NCBI GenBank assembly: GCA_905178155.1
Contig: CAJINV010000003.1
Coordinates: 9,369,979 to 9,433,978 of the forward strand
Source: Amoebophrya sp. A120
Taxonomy: Eukaryota; Protista; Dinoflagellata
DNA: 64,000 bases
Direction of reading: 5' to 3'
Below, one piece after another: positions 1 through 14,900 of the stretch. The position numbers and the translations under genes are program-made. The notes under the pieces are model-generated. The model saw only the letters and a list, made by a program, of their open reading frames with translations. It was not told the origin of the DNA and ran no database searches. Numbering within the stretch: the first letter of the stretch is position 1; each line of letters opens with the position of its first letter.

Positions 1-2
1 AG

Positions 3-2987
3 GTTCTGCTAGTCTTCCAACCTCTGGAGTCGAGCCGGATGGTGGACCCGGTTCGCGGAGTGCAGGAAGTTGTCGTGCTCTACAATTTGGCGGAGCTTGA
101 GAGAGAGTTTTTCGCTTTGGACGCCAGTCAGCCAAACAAGTACCGCGCTGGCGCGGTGGGGATAGAAGGGACGCCGTTCGTGGCGAAACTCAGTCCGGAC
201 TTTGGTTTTCCGGTGGACTTCGTTGTACCAACGGAAGGTGATCAGGGTGAGGCGGTTGCCGCCTTTCGACCATCTCGGGAAACGGCCACCCGCTACGGGC
301 GCCGCACGTACGCCTCATCGGATGAGGCAGATGCACCCCAAGCGGTACGCGTTTCCACGTCCGTGCCTTTGCCACTGGATTTGTCTGTTAACTGCCTGTG
401 GGTAAAAGCGACCGGGAACTTACCCGACGTTGATGCAGACTTTAGTACAAATGCGTTCCAAATCCCGACTCTCGGCACGCACCGCAGCTTGATGCGGCGT
501 GAATACCTCTGCCCGACCCCGAGTACGTCGTCCTCCGCGGCGTCGATTTTCAAAACGCAGGACGGGGAGCAGATGTACTTGGGGCTCGTTTTGAGTCCGG
601 ATTTGGACACAGGCCTCAAGTCGCCGCCTTACCTCCTCGGTCGCACGTGGCGTCGCTTCGACATGTTGCAAGCTGCGCCGGTGTGGCGGTCCGTGTTCCC
701 GAAAACGGTGCCGTCGGTAGCGGGGTCTGGCTTTTCGCTTACCTTCTTTGGGACCGGGTTTCCGCACGACCGCGAGGCAGCCGCTTTGAACGCCCGGTGC
801 GTGCTTTGGGACGCGGAAGAAGGACTGCGGACGTATGACGCGCTTCTCGTTTCAGACGAGCAAATGGTGTGCTTTTTCCCGCTAGGTCTTCCGAAGGTGG
901 ACTTGTACGCCCATTTGTCGCAGCTGCAGTTTACTTTCCACGCACGAAATGAGTTCCGGAAGCAGCAGTATGATGTGGCGGGAGCGCAGCAGCAGGTTAG
1001 CAACAACTCGTCGCCGCTGGACGTCCGCCCGCTGCGGCCCTTTGAGATCACGGCATGGTCGCCCCCCTTCCTGATGCTTGGCGATGAGTCTCGAGAGGTC
1101 CGCAGGTCTCGCTTCTTGAAATTCAACAACGATACTCCGATGGCGACGGTGACCGAGCCCGCGGATGTGGAGCTCTATCCTGAGAAGGACGAGGAGCTGG
1201 TTTTTATGAAGGTCGCGGGACTCCCGGAGGATTGGCAAGCTCAGTCCAAAGCGTGGTACTGCGCGTGGGCGCCGCCTCACGTATCGCTTGAAGAAGCGCA
1301 CGCCGCCCGGGAGGACGAGCTCTCTTCTGAGGCCAGTCCGGCAGCGAAACGACGACAGCACATGACCCAGCCGCGCCCCTTCTTCAACTACAACAGCACG
1401 GATTTTGCTTGCGGCGTGCCCATCGACGCCGTTGCCACCCAGCAAACCCTACGGATGTTCCTACAACTCGGGGGTCCCCCCGTCGACGAGACGACTGGCG
1501 AGAAGCAAGCGTCCGGCCTGGAGGACCGCTATGCGAGTCGGTTTTTTGCGACCCGTGTTTCGGTCACGGTGCTGCCCCGAATCCGCGTACGCGAGGCGCA
1601 GAGGTCGCCGGTTCAAATTCCAAGCTCTGACCAGGGCGATTTGCTCGTCCGTTTTTTTGGGTCTGGGTTTGCCGCGAACGGCACAATTTATACTCGAGTC
1701 AAGTTGGATCCACATGCGGAAGTAGAAGCGCTGGAGCCTAGTACTGGTGTCTCCGAAAGCAGCAGTGCGGCGTCGCAGAATCGACCAGCGTTGACGCCGT
1801 ACGGAAACGTTTTCTACCCCTGCTACGCCGAAACTTATACGAGTCTTGCTTGCGTGCTGCTCGCGGCGGACCTTCCGCCGGAAGCTGACGGCCTCAAAAT
1901 GCCGCTGGAGTTGTGGTTGTACCCACAGGCTTTGACAGAGGAAGTAGAAAAGGCTCCGGCGGGTCGCTTGGGGTACGGACCCCAGAGCGAAGCGGCGTCA
2001 AGAATTGAGGGGCTCGGAATTTTTCTCGGAAACTTCGAGGCGACCGCCGTAAGGGGCGCTTTAGGACCGTTCAGCACAACTCCGCGTTCCGGAAGTTTTC
2101 TGCCCCTCGGAAGTCAAGTTGACTTTTTTGTTTCCGGAAGCTTCAAAACTTCATGCCAGCACTTCTGCCATCTGCGCTATGAGGGTCTGCCGTGGTCAAA
2201 GTATCGTCAGGCCTTTACGCATCCTGGGCGGGCGGTTCGAGTGAATGCGACGCACTTGTATTGCACAGTGACCACGGTTGGCGCCGAGCTGCTTCGTGGC
2301 GGGTCGGATCGCGTCACCTTACATATGTGTTCAGGGAAGGAGACTTGCCTAGATCTGAACAACCCGCGCACTACTCCAGAAGGTGTGCTCTTGGGACGCT
2401 TTCGCGTGTTTACGCTTGGAACACTTTCCGCTGAACTCTCAACGCGGGTGCTGATTTTTCAGCAAGATCTTTCGTCAGAGGCGCAGGTCCGATTCGCAGA
2501 CCGAAATACCGAAGTGGCGCCGCGGAGCACGAAATCGATCCCGTCGAAGGTGACGCTGATCCACGTCGAGGTCTCCGAGGGAGTCGTGCCACGAGATTCG
2601 TTGCCGTGCTACTGCCAGATTGGTCCGGACTCTTATTTGGCGGCGCCAGTAGAGGAGGGCGCTGGCGCAAAAACTGGAATCTCGCCGAGCGACGAGCAGG
2701 AGACCTTGTTCGTAAAGGCCTTCCAGTGCGCCGTCCCGCCCTTTTCCGCGTCGGAGGGAGGACGAGCAGGAAACATTTACTACCAATCCGAGAAGAGGCT
2801 TCAGCTTAATTGCCGCACGCACCAAGGGTACGGCCTCGCGGCCGAGGGGTCGACGCCTCTGTTTCCGCTTGCGCGTCCGCGATTCTGGGCGCAGAGTATC
2901 GGCGCAGTGCATTTGCCGATCCCGAAATTACAGGAGTTGACGTTCACGAATCGCACCGTTTCCCCACTGTTGATACCGCAAGGATCG
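3..2987 (+). CDS. Giant gene, first visible exon (divergent IPT/TIG-like repeats)
   Basis: ORF 39-3011 is open to the window edge. Its last codons (YPKQKDR) are read-through into the introner TIR. Confidence 0.8.
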
Positions 2988-5900
2988 TATCCCAAACAAA
3001 AAGACAGGTAGGGCATATTTTTGAAAGTAATGCAAAAAAAATGATAAGCAAACGAACAAGCACTGCCTAAGCAGCAGGCTATGGGCTCGCTCATGACAGA
3101 TATTTAGTTTCGTGGGAATTATTATTTGTGCCCAGCCTGTCTTTTTCTGCGGGATAGATCGGGTACGGCAGAGGAAGCAACGTACTACGGTACGAAGACG
3201 AAAGCGACGGAGAACCAATCCTACAGTGATCCTCCGCGTCGTTCATCGTCCTCGCAAGCTGTGGAAACGCCTCTGTTCAGTCTGCGCATGTACTACTCGG
3301 GTTGGGAGAATGCGAAGACCGGCGAGGTGGCGGCTAGTTTGTCACGGTCCTACCTGGTAGGAGCACCTGATAACGAGGTGCTGGAACGGATCATGTACAT
3401 GCGATCCCGAAAGACCGAGAGCAAGGCTGCCACTATCTTTTCTCCTGGCAGCGGGGGGGACGCCCCCGCGCGCTTTACGCAGGACAACACAACGAGTAAC
3501 CGCACAAGCGTGACAATGGTGAACTCAGTCTCGTATTTGGACACACCGATCTCACCCGCCGAGTTGGAAGGACTGGGCCTTCTTGTTGTGCCATCGAGCG
3601 GATGCTGGATTGAAAGGCCACCGCGCACGGAGTCGTGGCCGCAGACGCTCGCTTGTCACTGGCGGGAGTCTGCGGATGTGCAAGGGCTCCTTTACGACCT
3701 TGACAACGCTAAGGATTCCAGGGTGAAGTTTCTGCAGACGAATTTCGCACAAGAGTATGTGAACAGAACGCGAGTACCGACGCGGAGCTTCCTGCAGGAA
3801 AGCCGCCCGGTATCGGTGTGGGTTCAGATCGCTGAAGAACTGGTGAGTACGCAGCAGCAGCTTGTTTTCAGTCGTATGCCAAGCGGGGCGTTTACGCGCG
3901 ATCGCGTCTGCGTAGAGCAGGAGCCGTGCTTGGTGACGGTGGAAATCAGTGCGGACTCGCCGGCGGGATTCCTCCACGACGCGGTGTACTCCTGCCTGTT
4001 CAGCAGCAGTGGGGGTGGCTGCGCGGCAGATTCGATGGAAGCCGGGCCGCTGCTCGTGGAAAGTAACGCGGGGCTGACGGAGACCTACGCACTCGACCGG
4101 TCGGCCAGCCAAGGCAAGTGCAGCTTCGTGTCCCGGGCGCGGTACGTCAGCGCAGACAAGTTGCTGTGCACGTCCGAGATCGGATTGACCTCGGCTTTGT
4201 CCGGTGCTGACGTAACTCACGTGTCCGTGTTCCATGGCCCAGTGCCGGCGAGCCGAAGTTTCAAGGACGCTGCGGACATAGCCTCAAGTGGCTACTTCGC
4301 CGGGGACTCCTCGGCGGCCACCTTATCCTGAGTAAAAACGTACCCACCCCAGAGTTGTCATGCAGATTTGCCATGACAGGAACATTTGTGACGCGCAACC
4401 CCATGACAGGCATTTTCAATCGTGTTTGGGAACTTGTAATGCTGCAAACAGGATCAGAAGGTCGATTTGTGATGCTGCTTTCCTTGCTAACTTGCACTAC
4501 CTTACGGACTGAAACTTGTCATGCGTGACTCACAAAGCTCCTAGGTTTGTGTTGCAAAATCCCCAGCCTGACTCTGGTGTGGGTACGTTTTTACTCAGGA
4601 TACACCTCGCTCGCGATTCTAGCCCAGCACCGCATAACCGTGCTGGGCATCCTTCACCTGGACCAGGTGGTGCCGGCTGTACTCGCCACCGTGCCAGCTG
4701 TCGAGATCAGCGTGAAGATCACAAAACAGAGCAGCGTATCAAATGCGAATAATGTCTGGGCCGGGAAAAATGCAACGTTTGCCATGCACATTTTACATGG
4801 CTTTGACTCCTGATGTCTGTGATGCATGCCTCAGCATCACAGATTTTGTGAGGGGGGCTTCCTGAAGATGCCTACACCGCATGAGCAATGCCCTTTCGTC
4901 GCAGTAGTAAAAACTGGACCCCTTTTGCTGTTCCACCTACAACAGCGCAGATTTTCTCAGAATCCCAATGCAGCATCACAGGATGCATCCTTCCAGACCA
5001 AGACATGTTTGCAATGCATACAGCGAGTTGTCGGAGGCCTGGCAGAACCCGGCATTCGTGGAGAGCACCGTGGCGTGCCGGTTCCGCAAGAAAATTCCGA
5101 ACAGCAACGCGGATGTGGGCAAGGATGCGAACCTGATCACGACACAAGTAAAGCTGGTTTCCTTTGAGGAGATTCTGTGCGTGGACGCCTACCACCGTTT
5201 GTTCGACTACGTTCTCAAGCAGGATGAGCTGAACGCCTCGGATGGCTTCAACGAGCACAAGGACCTGTTCTTAGATTTGGTCACTGTCGGGACCGTGCCG
5301 CAGCGGCTGTCGAACGTGTTGCAGTTGCCACTCGTCGCCTACCCGCGGCTTCATCAGGTTGAGCCGTCCATCATTGGCGTGAACGACATCTCGGAGGCCG
5401 GGTTGAGGCCGTTGAGTGCATTTCCCTATCGACTGATTGTCACCGGTGTTGGGGTGCCGAACACGCCGGATGCGTGCTGCCGCTTCGTGGTCTCCAACCG
5501 TCCTCAGGGTAGCAACCAGGGCCCGGTGGCGCCCATCTTCACACCCGCGGTCTGGCGCTCCACCACACAGATCGCCTGCGACAAACCCGTGTTTCCGCTA
5601 GCGGGGGCACGGCTGCAGCTCGAGATTTCGCCCAACTGCAAGCAGTTCGTGACGGCGATAGCCGCCGGCGAGCCAAATTACGACAAGCTATTGCCCCTCT
5701 CCGAGAAGCCGTCTGCTTCCGCGGTTTTGAATTCCGTGCTGGAGCTTCAAGTGGTGCAGATTCCCTTCCTGAAGTCGGTGTATCCAACGCAAATTGTGAG
5801 CGTGAGCGCAGGCGCGCCACTGCGTCTGGAGGGCGAGGGGCTCAGCAACAGCGCCATCCGCCTGCGGGTGGGCGGAAAGATGCTGTCGGGCATCCGGATT

Positions 5901-8900
5901 CACAATGACACGGTGATAACCGCGCTCGCACCCGCGCCGCCCATGCGGAGCCCCGAGGTTTCGCAGGCACACTACCACCTCGATCTGTCGTTCGACTCCG
6001 GCATCAGCTTCTACAAGACCAGTTTTTTGCTCTCTTTCCAACAGAACCACGCGGTCTGGGGGATCGAGCCGCGCATCGGCGTTGCAGGAAGCGCGAGCGG
6101 TGGCCAGATTACGATCAGTCTGGTCGGGCACTTCAACTTTGACACCTTCGCTACCTCGCTCGGTCCGGAAGAAGGTGCTGTCGCGCTGCGTCGGTCCTTC
6201 GACTCGCTGATTGACGCGTCGGCGACGAAGCGGATCATGGTTGACGGAAAATTGTTTGTGATTCACGTACCCAACATTTTGCTCGGGGAACGTATTCAGG
6301 GCTTTACTCTGGAAGGTCTTCGCGTCTTTGATCAGATTCCGGAGGCGGTGCCGACCGTAGATATCGCCGGGGACAAGGGCTTGCTGATGTCAATCACAAC
6401 GGGCGACCAGCTGCAGCTGTACGACATAGCTTCGACTGTGCGTCTCTCACAGTTGCACTTTTCTGTTGCCGAGAGCCCAGGGCAGATGTCAAACACGACA
6501 TACGGTAGTAGCTCATCTGGCGATGCTGGCAGCAGCGATACCGAGGGCAACAACAGTTCTGCAAATGCAACAGAAACCGCGGCGCAGAACGCGGCAGCAG
6601 CTGAGCCGGAAATAATCAGCTACACGTCGGAATGGAGTGTATCGGGTGTGATGATGAATTCCCTGCAACAGGCAAAAGAACCGTTGCAGCGAGAGGTTCT
6701 GGAGGCGAGTGGGAATAAAACTCGCTTGTACGTCCGAACCTACGCGGCAGTTTTCTACCGTGAGTACAACGAAACGGATGCCTTGACCAACATCTCGTAC
6801 CAGACGAAGTCTCTCGACCTGTATCACATAGAGTGGAAATTAAATCAGACCGCCTTGGAGCTAGCGCAGCAGGTGCAGCAGCGCGCCGGCAGCCAGCAAA
6901 GCCTCGAAGCGCACTGCGATGAAGGAAACACGACGGCGAGTGTTTTTTGTGGGAACGAGACAAACGCAACTGGCGCAGCAGAAGCGGCCGCGGGAGCAGG
7001 GACGACAGACGGCTCCGCGTCGCAAGCGGGGACCAACCTTCACGTTGTGGAGATCATTTTCCAGCAGCAGCTGAATCTGACGGACGAACTAGGGGAGCAG
7101 CGTCCGAGCTATGTGGCACTGGTGCCCAACCTGACCCACGTCGTTGCGTACCGAGTCGGCGGGGAGCTGCGGGTATACAATTTCGACCGGCCCGCACGCG
7201 TTGCAACTATAGAGCAGGTCGGGATGCGGGCTGTGGATGTGGAGTACTACGAGGGTAGCCGCTTTCGCGCCGCGTTTTCCTTTGGTCGGAAAGCCGAAAG
7301 CTGGATCGTGGAAAGTGACCCCGCGTTGGGCACCGACGCCACCTCGCAGTACGCGTACTTCTACGGGGGGCACGCAGACGATATCACTGCGATTGCACTC
7401 GGGCCAGGCTATTGCCTCACCGGCTCGAAAGACACGACCACGAAGCTCTGGCGCGACACGGGGTCCATCACTGCTTCGTTGTTCGGGCTGCACCGCACAG
7501 CGATCACCGCCGTTGGGTTCGTGCAGATCGGCCGGGACTTGGAGTTTGTCACGAACGACGCCACACAGATCGCCTTCTGGGGGTTCCCCCAGAAAGTCCG
7601 CGACAGTGCGGCCGCGGACCTGAGTACGGCCGCCTGCCGCTTCTTGGCGCCTCCCATCGACGCCGCCTCGGGCACAACCACCCTGGTGTCTGCCGTGCAG
7701 AGTGCGGTCGTCACGAGAACGAAGGTGTATTGCTACACCGACCCAAACACCCTTACCTTCAGCGACGGGATCGCCCGCCACGACTACCAGGTCATGCTTG
7801 GGCGACCTCTGCAGATTGAAGTTGCCTACTACTACAAGCAGGCTGACCGAAAGTACTTGTCGCAGTTCGTGCCGGTAGCCAAGGACTTGGGTTTCCGTTT
7901 TGTGTTGCCGCCAAAAATCATGGACATGACTCCCGATTGGGTGATGATCAATCGCCACCCGAAAACGAACTACGTAATTCTGCCGGACGTGGCGTTTCGG
8001 GTGCGCGTTATGCTCAGCGATAGCATGGCCGTTTGGCCGAGCAGCAACACCACGTGCAAGATTACGAGCACCGGCGCCGATGGCACAACCTACTATCTTC
8101 CCACTAGGTGGCCATCGCGGAGCGTGTGTCTCTGCGGACCCCTGCGCGACATCCACCAGTTTCCTTCAGCTAACGCCCTTCGCCTGGAGTTGTCTCCGGA
8201 TTACCAAAACCTGTTCGCGGTGCCGTTCTTGGTGAAGATGTTTGAACGCCCCACCTTCGACACAATGACCACATCCGCGGGCCGGCTCCTAGCCGACGGC
8301 AATGGAGTGATAGCAGGGGTTTCCCTGCATACGCCGGACTGGATAACCATCCGGGGGAGCAACTTTCCGCTCACGAAGTCTCCGATAACCGTCACGTTTC
8401 CGCCCGGGTACTGGGCGAACGCATACTGGCGGAACTCGACCACGCTCGAGTTTTTGAGCCCCGTGACGAAGAAGCCGGAGTACCGGTTACCCGTGTGGAT
8501 CGCTTTCGGGGAAGCGAAAGCCATGAAGACGCCGTTTCTTCTGGATCTGATTGAGACGCCAACCGTCCGCGCGTTCGAACCGGCTTACTTGTTTCCAATC
8601 ATGTCACCCACAGGCGGCGACAGCGACTTGACCCACGCCGTCGCCGCGCGGCTCGGTACAGCGGAGGCCAACCGGCGGCAGCTGACCATCTACGGAAACT
8701 TTTTTGACCACCACAGCTACTGCGCGTTTCAAACAACCTCGCGAAAGCACAATGTGAAGGCGGTCTTGGTCTCCAAGAGACAGATCACCTGCGAAGTTCC
8801 ACCGCTTCCTGTGTCCGACGTGGGTGCAGACGCAGCCGACCGCGGAACGAGCTCGCCGACGACAATCGAAGACGGAGCCGCGAGTTCGTTGACCGGCGAA

Positions 8901-11900
8901 CAGTACTGTCTCGCCGAGCAGCAGGGGCGGGTGCAGCTGCAGCAGGCCCTGAACTTACGAAACTTGCTTTTCTTTTCCCCGTACCCCGAAAGCCTGCTTG
9001 CGACCTATCCGCGCCAGCGAATGGAATCGCAAGAGAAAAAGTTCACCGTCCTGGAAGGACAGAACTGCGCCGAGATTCTGCAAAACCACGCAGATCTGGT
9101 TGAGGGAAATGCCGGGAACGACACGGTGGCTGAGGCGCTGGGCAACAACGGGTCGTCGAATGACACGGGCCTGCTGCAGCTTCATCTTGCGACGAATCAC
9201 ACCCTTAATTTGACCGCCACCGTTGCGGCACTACTCGGCTCGGCAGATGCGATAGCCGCAGTGTTGAGTAGCACGGAGCAACTTGCCGCTCTGTGCCTGC
9301 GGGCCAGTGACTTGGCGCGTAACATGAGTAATTATCGACTTGAAACTCAGTACTACGATGCACTAATGTACCAACTGCAGCGCGGTGTGAACGACGCGGA
9401 GACCGGCTGCCGACAGGCGACGGAAGCTCGTGCACAGGCGGCGCTGAGTGACTTCACGAATGGGCGGCTCTTCTTCGAGGTGCGGAGTGAGCGCTTGCTG
9501 CCACTGTCGAAGCATGTGCACATCAGTGCAAGCGCCAAGTCGCTCAAGCTGCACCTGCCTATTCTGGTCGAATCGGTGACGCCGGGTGCCGCGCCGGTAA
9601 CCGGCGGGACGCGGCTCGTGGTAAAGGGTCGCAATTTCGTGCAGATTGCACCGACGTACTGCGTGTTTCAGTACGCCATCTTCACTCAAGCCCGCGTCCT
9701 GAATACGACACACTTGACGTGCCAGAGTCCCTTTTCGAACCGATTCGGTAACTTGCAGCTGCACATATCCCTGAACCGACTCCAGATGAGCGAGAGCTTC
9801 ACGTGGTTCACAGTTCTGCCCGAGGTGCAGGTCAGCGTGGCGGCCGTCTCGCGGGGGTGTTTTGCGGAGAGTCCAGGAGACGTCATCCGTGTGGACGTGC
9901 TGCTGAAGGAGCAGAGTGCCCGGACGTGGGCCAAGTACCGAGACCGGGGCGTTCTTTGCCGGTTTGTCAACGAGGACACCGGATATTTGGATGACCAGGA
10001 GGCAGTGTCGGCGGCACCCGGAAAAATTGACGAAGTGCATATTTTCTGCCGGTGTCCTGTGTACCGCGGGCACCAGATTGGGCAGCGGCTCTCCCTGCAA
10101 CTGCAGGATACGGAGGGCGTGTGGCAGGATGCGTTGGGGGAGATGCAAGTCCTCGCGCGACCCTTGGTGACCAGCGTGAGTCCGCGATTGTGGATCGCCA
10201 ACAGCACCTACCCCCTGTCAATAGAGGTTCGGGGTACCAATTTCCCACCCGACGTGGAGCTCAAGTGCACATTGGAAGACAGCGAGAAGCACCCGGACGC
10301 GACGCCTCTGGAGGCGGTAAAGAAGATGGAAGCGAGCCTCTGGGAGGAAGTACAGAGGCTCTCACTCCGCTGCCGCAATCAGCGGGATGAGCGGCAGGAG
10401 GCCTCCGGGGCGGCGCCGCCTTTGGCCCGGTTCGGGCTCTCCGAGGGAATGCGCGGGACCGCAATGCCGTACGATCGATACCGGCTACCGAGCGGGGTTC
10501 TGAAGAACGAAAGCGCGAACGTCTCGCAACTGATTGAGTTTGGGGGGAGTGTGGATTTGGATTTCTGTCAAGCGTACTTGGACGCCGAGAAGGAGTATCT
10601 CGCGTTTGTGCATCGGACGGACCTCTGGTCCGCCCACGGCTACTATCAGGACAACAGCACGGGCGACGGATTTGCGTTGCAGGACCAAAACGTGCACCAC
10701 ACGCGGAATTTCTTCGCCGCGTCCGGCTACGCGGCGCAGCGGCCGCCGCTCCGCGAGTACGCCAGCCGCGTGATGCACGTCAAGGCCGAGTGGCACTCCG
10801 CCTCGATGTTGAAGTGTGTGGTCCCTCCCGACCACGCGGAGAAACTGCGCACGGCGGGACTTGTGAATCGCTATGTAGAGCTGGCTGTGCACCGCCATTT
10901 TTCCGATGTGCGCCCCCCTCGGCAGACGTTCGGGCAGATCGCGGCGCTTCACAAGATTCGAATTGGCGACAACATTCGGATTTTGGAAGTCTCCCCGCGT
11001 GCGTTCACGCGCCAGAGTTTCGACTTGGTGAACGAGCAAAGTCGAGAAGATCAGATTTCGCTGCGTGCGACCTTGTCCAAGTCGGCCATCAGGTCCCTGC
11101 GCTTAGCTACCGCGTTAAACTGTCGCGTCCGATGGGAGGTGGACACGCTTGCGCCGGCGGTGTTCCCCGGCGTAGTTTCGAGCGACACCACGGTGACCTG
11201 CCTGTTGTCCAGCTCTGCGCTGGAGGTCAATCTCCGAGGGTATTTCTCGCTGCAGATCGACAGCAGCGAAACGCTTTCGAATGAATTGGAACTCCACTTC
11301 GTGGAGCAGGTGTTCTCCCCCTCGATCTCGCCGACGTCTGTGCCCTCCTTCACGCCCGGCCGAGGCTTCATCATCTCAGCCATGTTCCTCTCTATCCGGC
11401 ACCTGCGCGTTCTGCGGGATCTTCCGATCTTCTGCGACTACGGTCCGGAGTATGAGGCTCGGGAGGCAGTAATGCTAGATTACGAATCTGTCTTGGGAAG
11501 CAAGTTTAGGCAGGTTGTTGGGCGGCCAATTCGAAACTCCACGCACGGCTCTGACCGGAGCTTCCGCATCACCGGGCACGACGAAATCTTAGTGGATACA
11601 GCCGTCGACCGTGTGCGATGGCAGTGCCTTGGTCCAGTTTCAGGGTTTCTACCTCGTATAAGCGGCGCGGAGGCCCTGGAAGTGAAGCTCGTACTGGACG
11701 CGTCTGCGCAGCGAGGGCTCAATCCCGCACTCACCAACAGGCCCACTCAGATTCACGTCACGGGTCTGCCTGAGATCGCTACCCAGGAGCCTTTCCTGGC
11801 GGCACGGGACACCAGCGTCCTGTTGGAGGCAGTGGTGCCGGACGGTTACAATCCTTTCGTCACTACGACTGCGATCGGCAGCACCGAACGGCGGGTTGAG

Positions 11901-14900
11901 GTGTACTGCGCATTTTTGCCCTGCGGAACTACGTTCGTAAAACGCACCGTGACCGCAGGGATCCGGATTCCGAGCAAGAACACCGCGGATTCGGGCTCGC
12001 GACGGATGCTGGTGTCTTGTCCGGTTGCAAGCCTGAGTTTCACACACGTGCGGGCGGGGCTGTACGGTGAGGAGCAGTGCGCTCTGGAGATCTCGTTTAA
12101 CAACTTGGACTTCTCCAGCCGGTTTGAGTACACGCTTGCCGCGCATCCGGTGGTGCGGAAGTTTGGGACGTCGCGCGGCGTCGTGAGCCTCGGCGGGGTG
12201 CTGCAGAGTGGTGGCCCCGTCATTTTGCGCGGGTCCTACTTCGGCAACCGGGCCGCACTCGCATGCACATTCGCGGGAAGCGACGGCTCCGATATTCCGG
12301 GGCAGGTGGTGGCGCGCGGCCATACGCACGTGGAGTGCTTGGCGCCCAGCAGCAAACCGCTTGGATATTACAGCCTGAACCCCCTCAAGCAGGAAAATGC
12401 TCTCATTACCTATCGCCACAGTCAGTTTGACAGCCTTTCCGCTCTCCCGAGTGCGTCTGACGCAACGGGGGCACCTCGGTACCGAAGGCAGGTCGCGGTG
12501 TTCTTAGCTGCGCAGTCATCTGGACTAAGCGCACAGTTGGTAGAATATGAACAGCCGCACGCCCGGTTGGCGAGAAACGGTACCTTCGGGGCGCAGGTCT
12601 TGTCCCAGGAGGCCCGCGATAAGTTTTATGAGCAATACTTTCACGCTGCGGACACGGAGTACGAGAAGAGACTGAAGCAAGCGCTACGCACCGCTCGCGT
12701 AGGGGATGCGAACTCCTTTGTGTACGTGGACGTGTTCGACGCGCCGTCCATCGCGCGCCTCTCGCCAGATCGGCGGAACAGCGAGCAACGCGTCCTCATG
12801 CTGCACGGAAGTAATTTCCCCGAAGATGTTGTGCGCACTTGCAATTTCTACTCCGCCGCGGTTGGCGCCAAGAGCTTGCATTACCTGGGGCAGAGTGGCG
12901 GTTTGCGCTTGTCCGCAGCCGACATTTCCTGCCAGTTTCCCGCCGGAATGTCGCACGTTGCGGCGGATTACCGCGTAAGCGTCGCCTTTGACAGTGGCGT
13001 GGTTGCGCAGCCGTCGCCTTTCCTCTCCTCCTCGACCTTTCGCATGCAGTCGACGCTTGCGTTTTATAAGGTAACGCCGTCCGTGCTAACCCCAAAAAAG
13101 CCGAGCTGGGTGCATGTGGTGGATTCCACAGTGCGCGCTCCCGCGGGCACAAAAATACTTTGTCGGTGGAACGTGAATGGTTACGAAAAGGCGGCTGCGG
13201 GCGGGCGCATGCGAATGACCCTCGTGAACTCTATCTTGGACGGCTACGTCTCCCACGTCGCCGCGGGGACAGATTCGGTCATGGGGCGGCTTGTTCCTGA
13301 TAGAAACACCGTCGCGGGGGGGCTTACCTCCGGGTCTGCGAATGGGACGCACGGACTCCAGTCGGACGACCCTCTCGGAAGTCACGTAAGCGATGCCTTG
13401 GAAGACCGCAGACAGGTAAACTTGAACTGTCCTTCGCCGTACATAAACGAGGGACGCATGCGTTTTCGCGAATTTGCGTACCGGGGCCTCTTAGAGGTTG
13501 CCCTGGACACCGAAGTTGTCAACTTTCTGCCTATCCACTGGCTCCGTTTCGAAAGGGCGGTCCGGACGCTGCAGTTGTCACCAACGTACTCCAAGTATTT
13601 CCCAGGCTCGGCGGTGCGGCTCGATGGAAAGTTTGTGCGGGCAGAGACAGTGAAGTGCGTTCTGTTCGCCAAGCGTCAGACACGCCAGGTAGTGACACCA
13701 ACTTCGGTAAAGGCAGTGGAGAATGAGGGGACTGCTGCTCAGGATGTACGTATGCTGGTGACCTGCGTCCTTCCCAAAGATCTGCAGCCCGGCACCTGGC
13801 GGATAGAACTGGATAACGCGGCAGCCGGGGCGGAAGCAGGTGCGCCTTCGCTTGCCGCATTCGGCGATACGCGGGACGCTCTTGCGCTGATTGTGGTACC
13901 GATTCCGGAGGTGTCAGCCGCAAGCCCGCTGGTGTATCCGGTAGGAAGCTCCGCGTCCCTGGTCCTAGGGGGCAACCGGCTCGGTCTCACACTGACGAAG
14001 ACGTTTGACCCGCGCTGCGTATACACCAGTATCCCAGGCGCGAGTCGCGCGGTGCATTTCCGTTCGACTGTGATGATTGCGGACGATTCACATGTCCTCT
14101 GCTTGCCGCCTCCCGTGGATTTCCTTGGGAAGATGCACGTCTCTGTTGCTGTGCACGGTATGCAGTTTGCGAGCACGGTTGTTGTGGATTTTGTCTCCTC
14201 CTATCTGCTGGACTACAACGGGCGGGCCGTCTCGCTGATCCAGGCGAACACGCAGAACGAAACCGTGGCACACCCGCTCGGTGCCCGAGTGTCCACAAAT
14301 TTAAGAGTAAGGTTCCCACCACGATTCGAAAGTGACGCCTCCACGGCCCGCCACGAGACAACGCTGCAGCCGTGTCTGCGAGTCCAGAACCAGTTGTACG
14401 CAGGGGTGGCGTATCAAATGTAAAAATGTCTGGGTCTGGAAAAATCCGACTTGTCATGCTGATTTTGGATTCTAAAAAAATCTGTATTGCATGAGCAGCA
14501 AAGAGAGTCCAAATTTTGCAGCGCGGAAAGAGCATTTGTCATGCGGAATAGGCATCAGGAAGCCCTCTAAAAATCTGTGATGCTAGGGCATGCGTCACAG
14601 ACTTGAGGAGTCATGCGAAATGTGCATGACAAACCCGGCAATCTTCCAGACCCAGACATTTTTACATTTGATATGGCGACTCCGAAAGCGGTGCTGTGCC
14701 TGGAAGAGAGCGGCGCGCTGGCCTGGTCAAAGATTCAGGAGGCTGTGCTCTTGAGTCCTGATCGGAATGTGTACAGTTTTTCGTCTCAGCTCCTTGCCCT
14801 GTTAACCAGGGTGGAATTCCGGGACACGTCTGAGATCGGAAAAATGGCTGTCGCCGTCGCGGGCCGACAGCTGGTCTCCTCTGTCACCTCTTTGTTCGTC

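Noticed and set aside
14613-14678. Recurrent peptide LPDPDIFTFD (also near 32132 and 47140) as a protein motif
   Set aside because: It is the translation of the family A TIR, not coding sequence.
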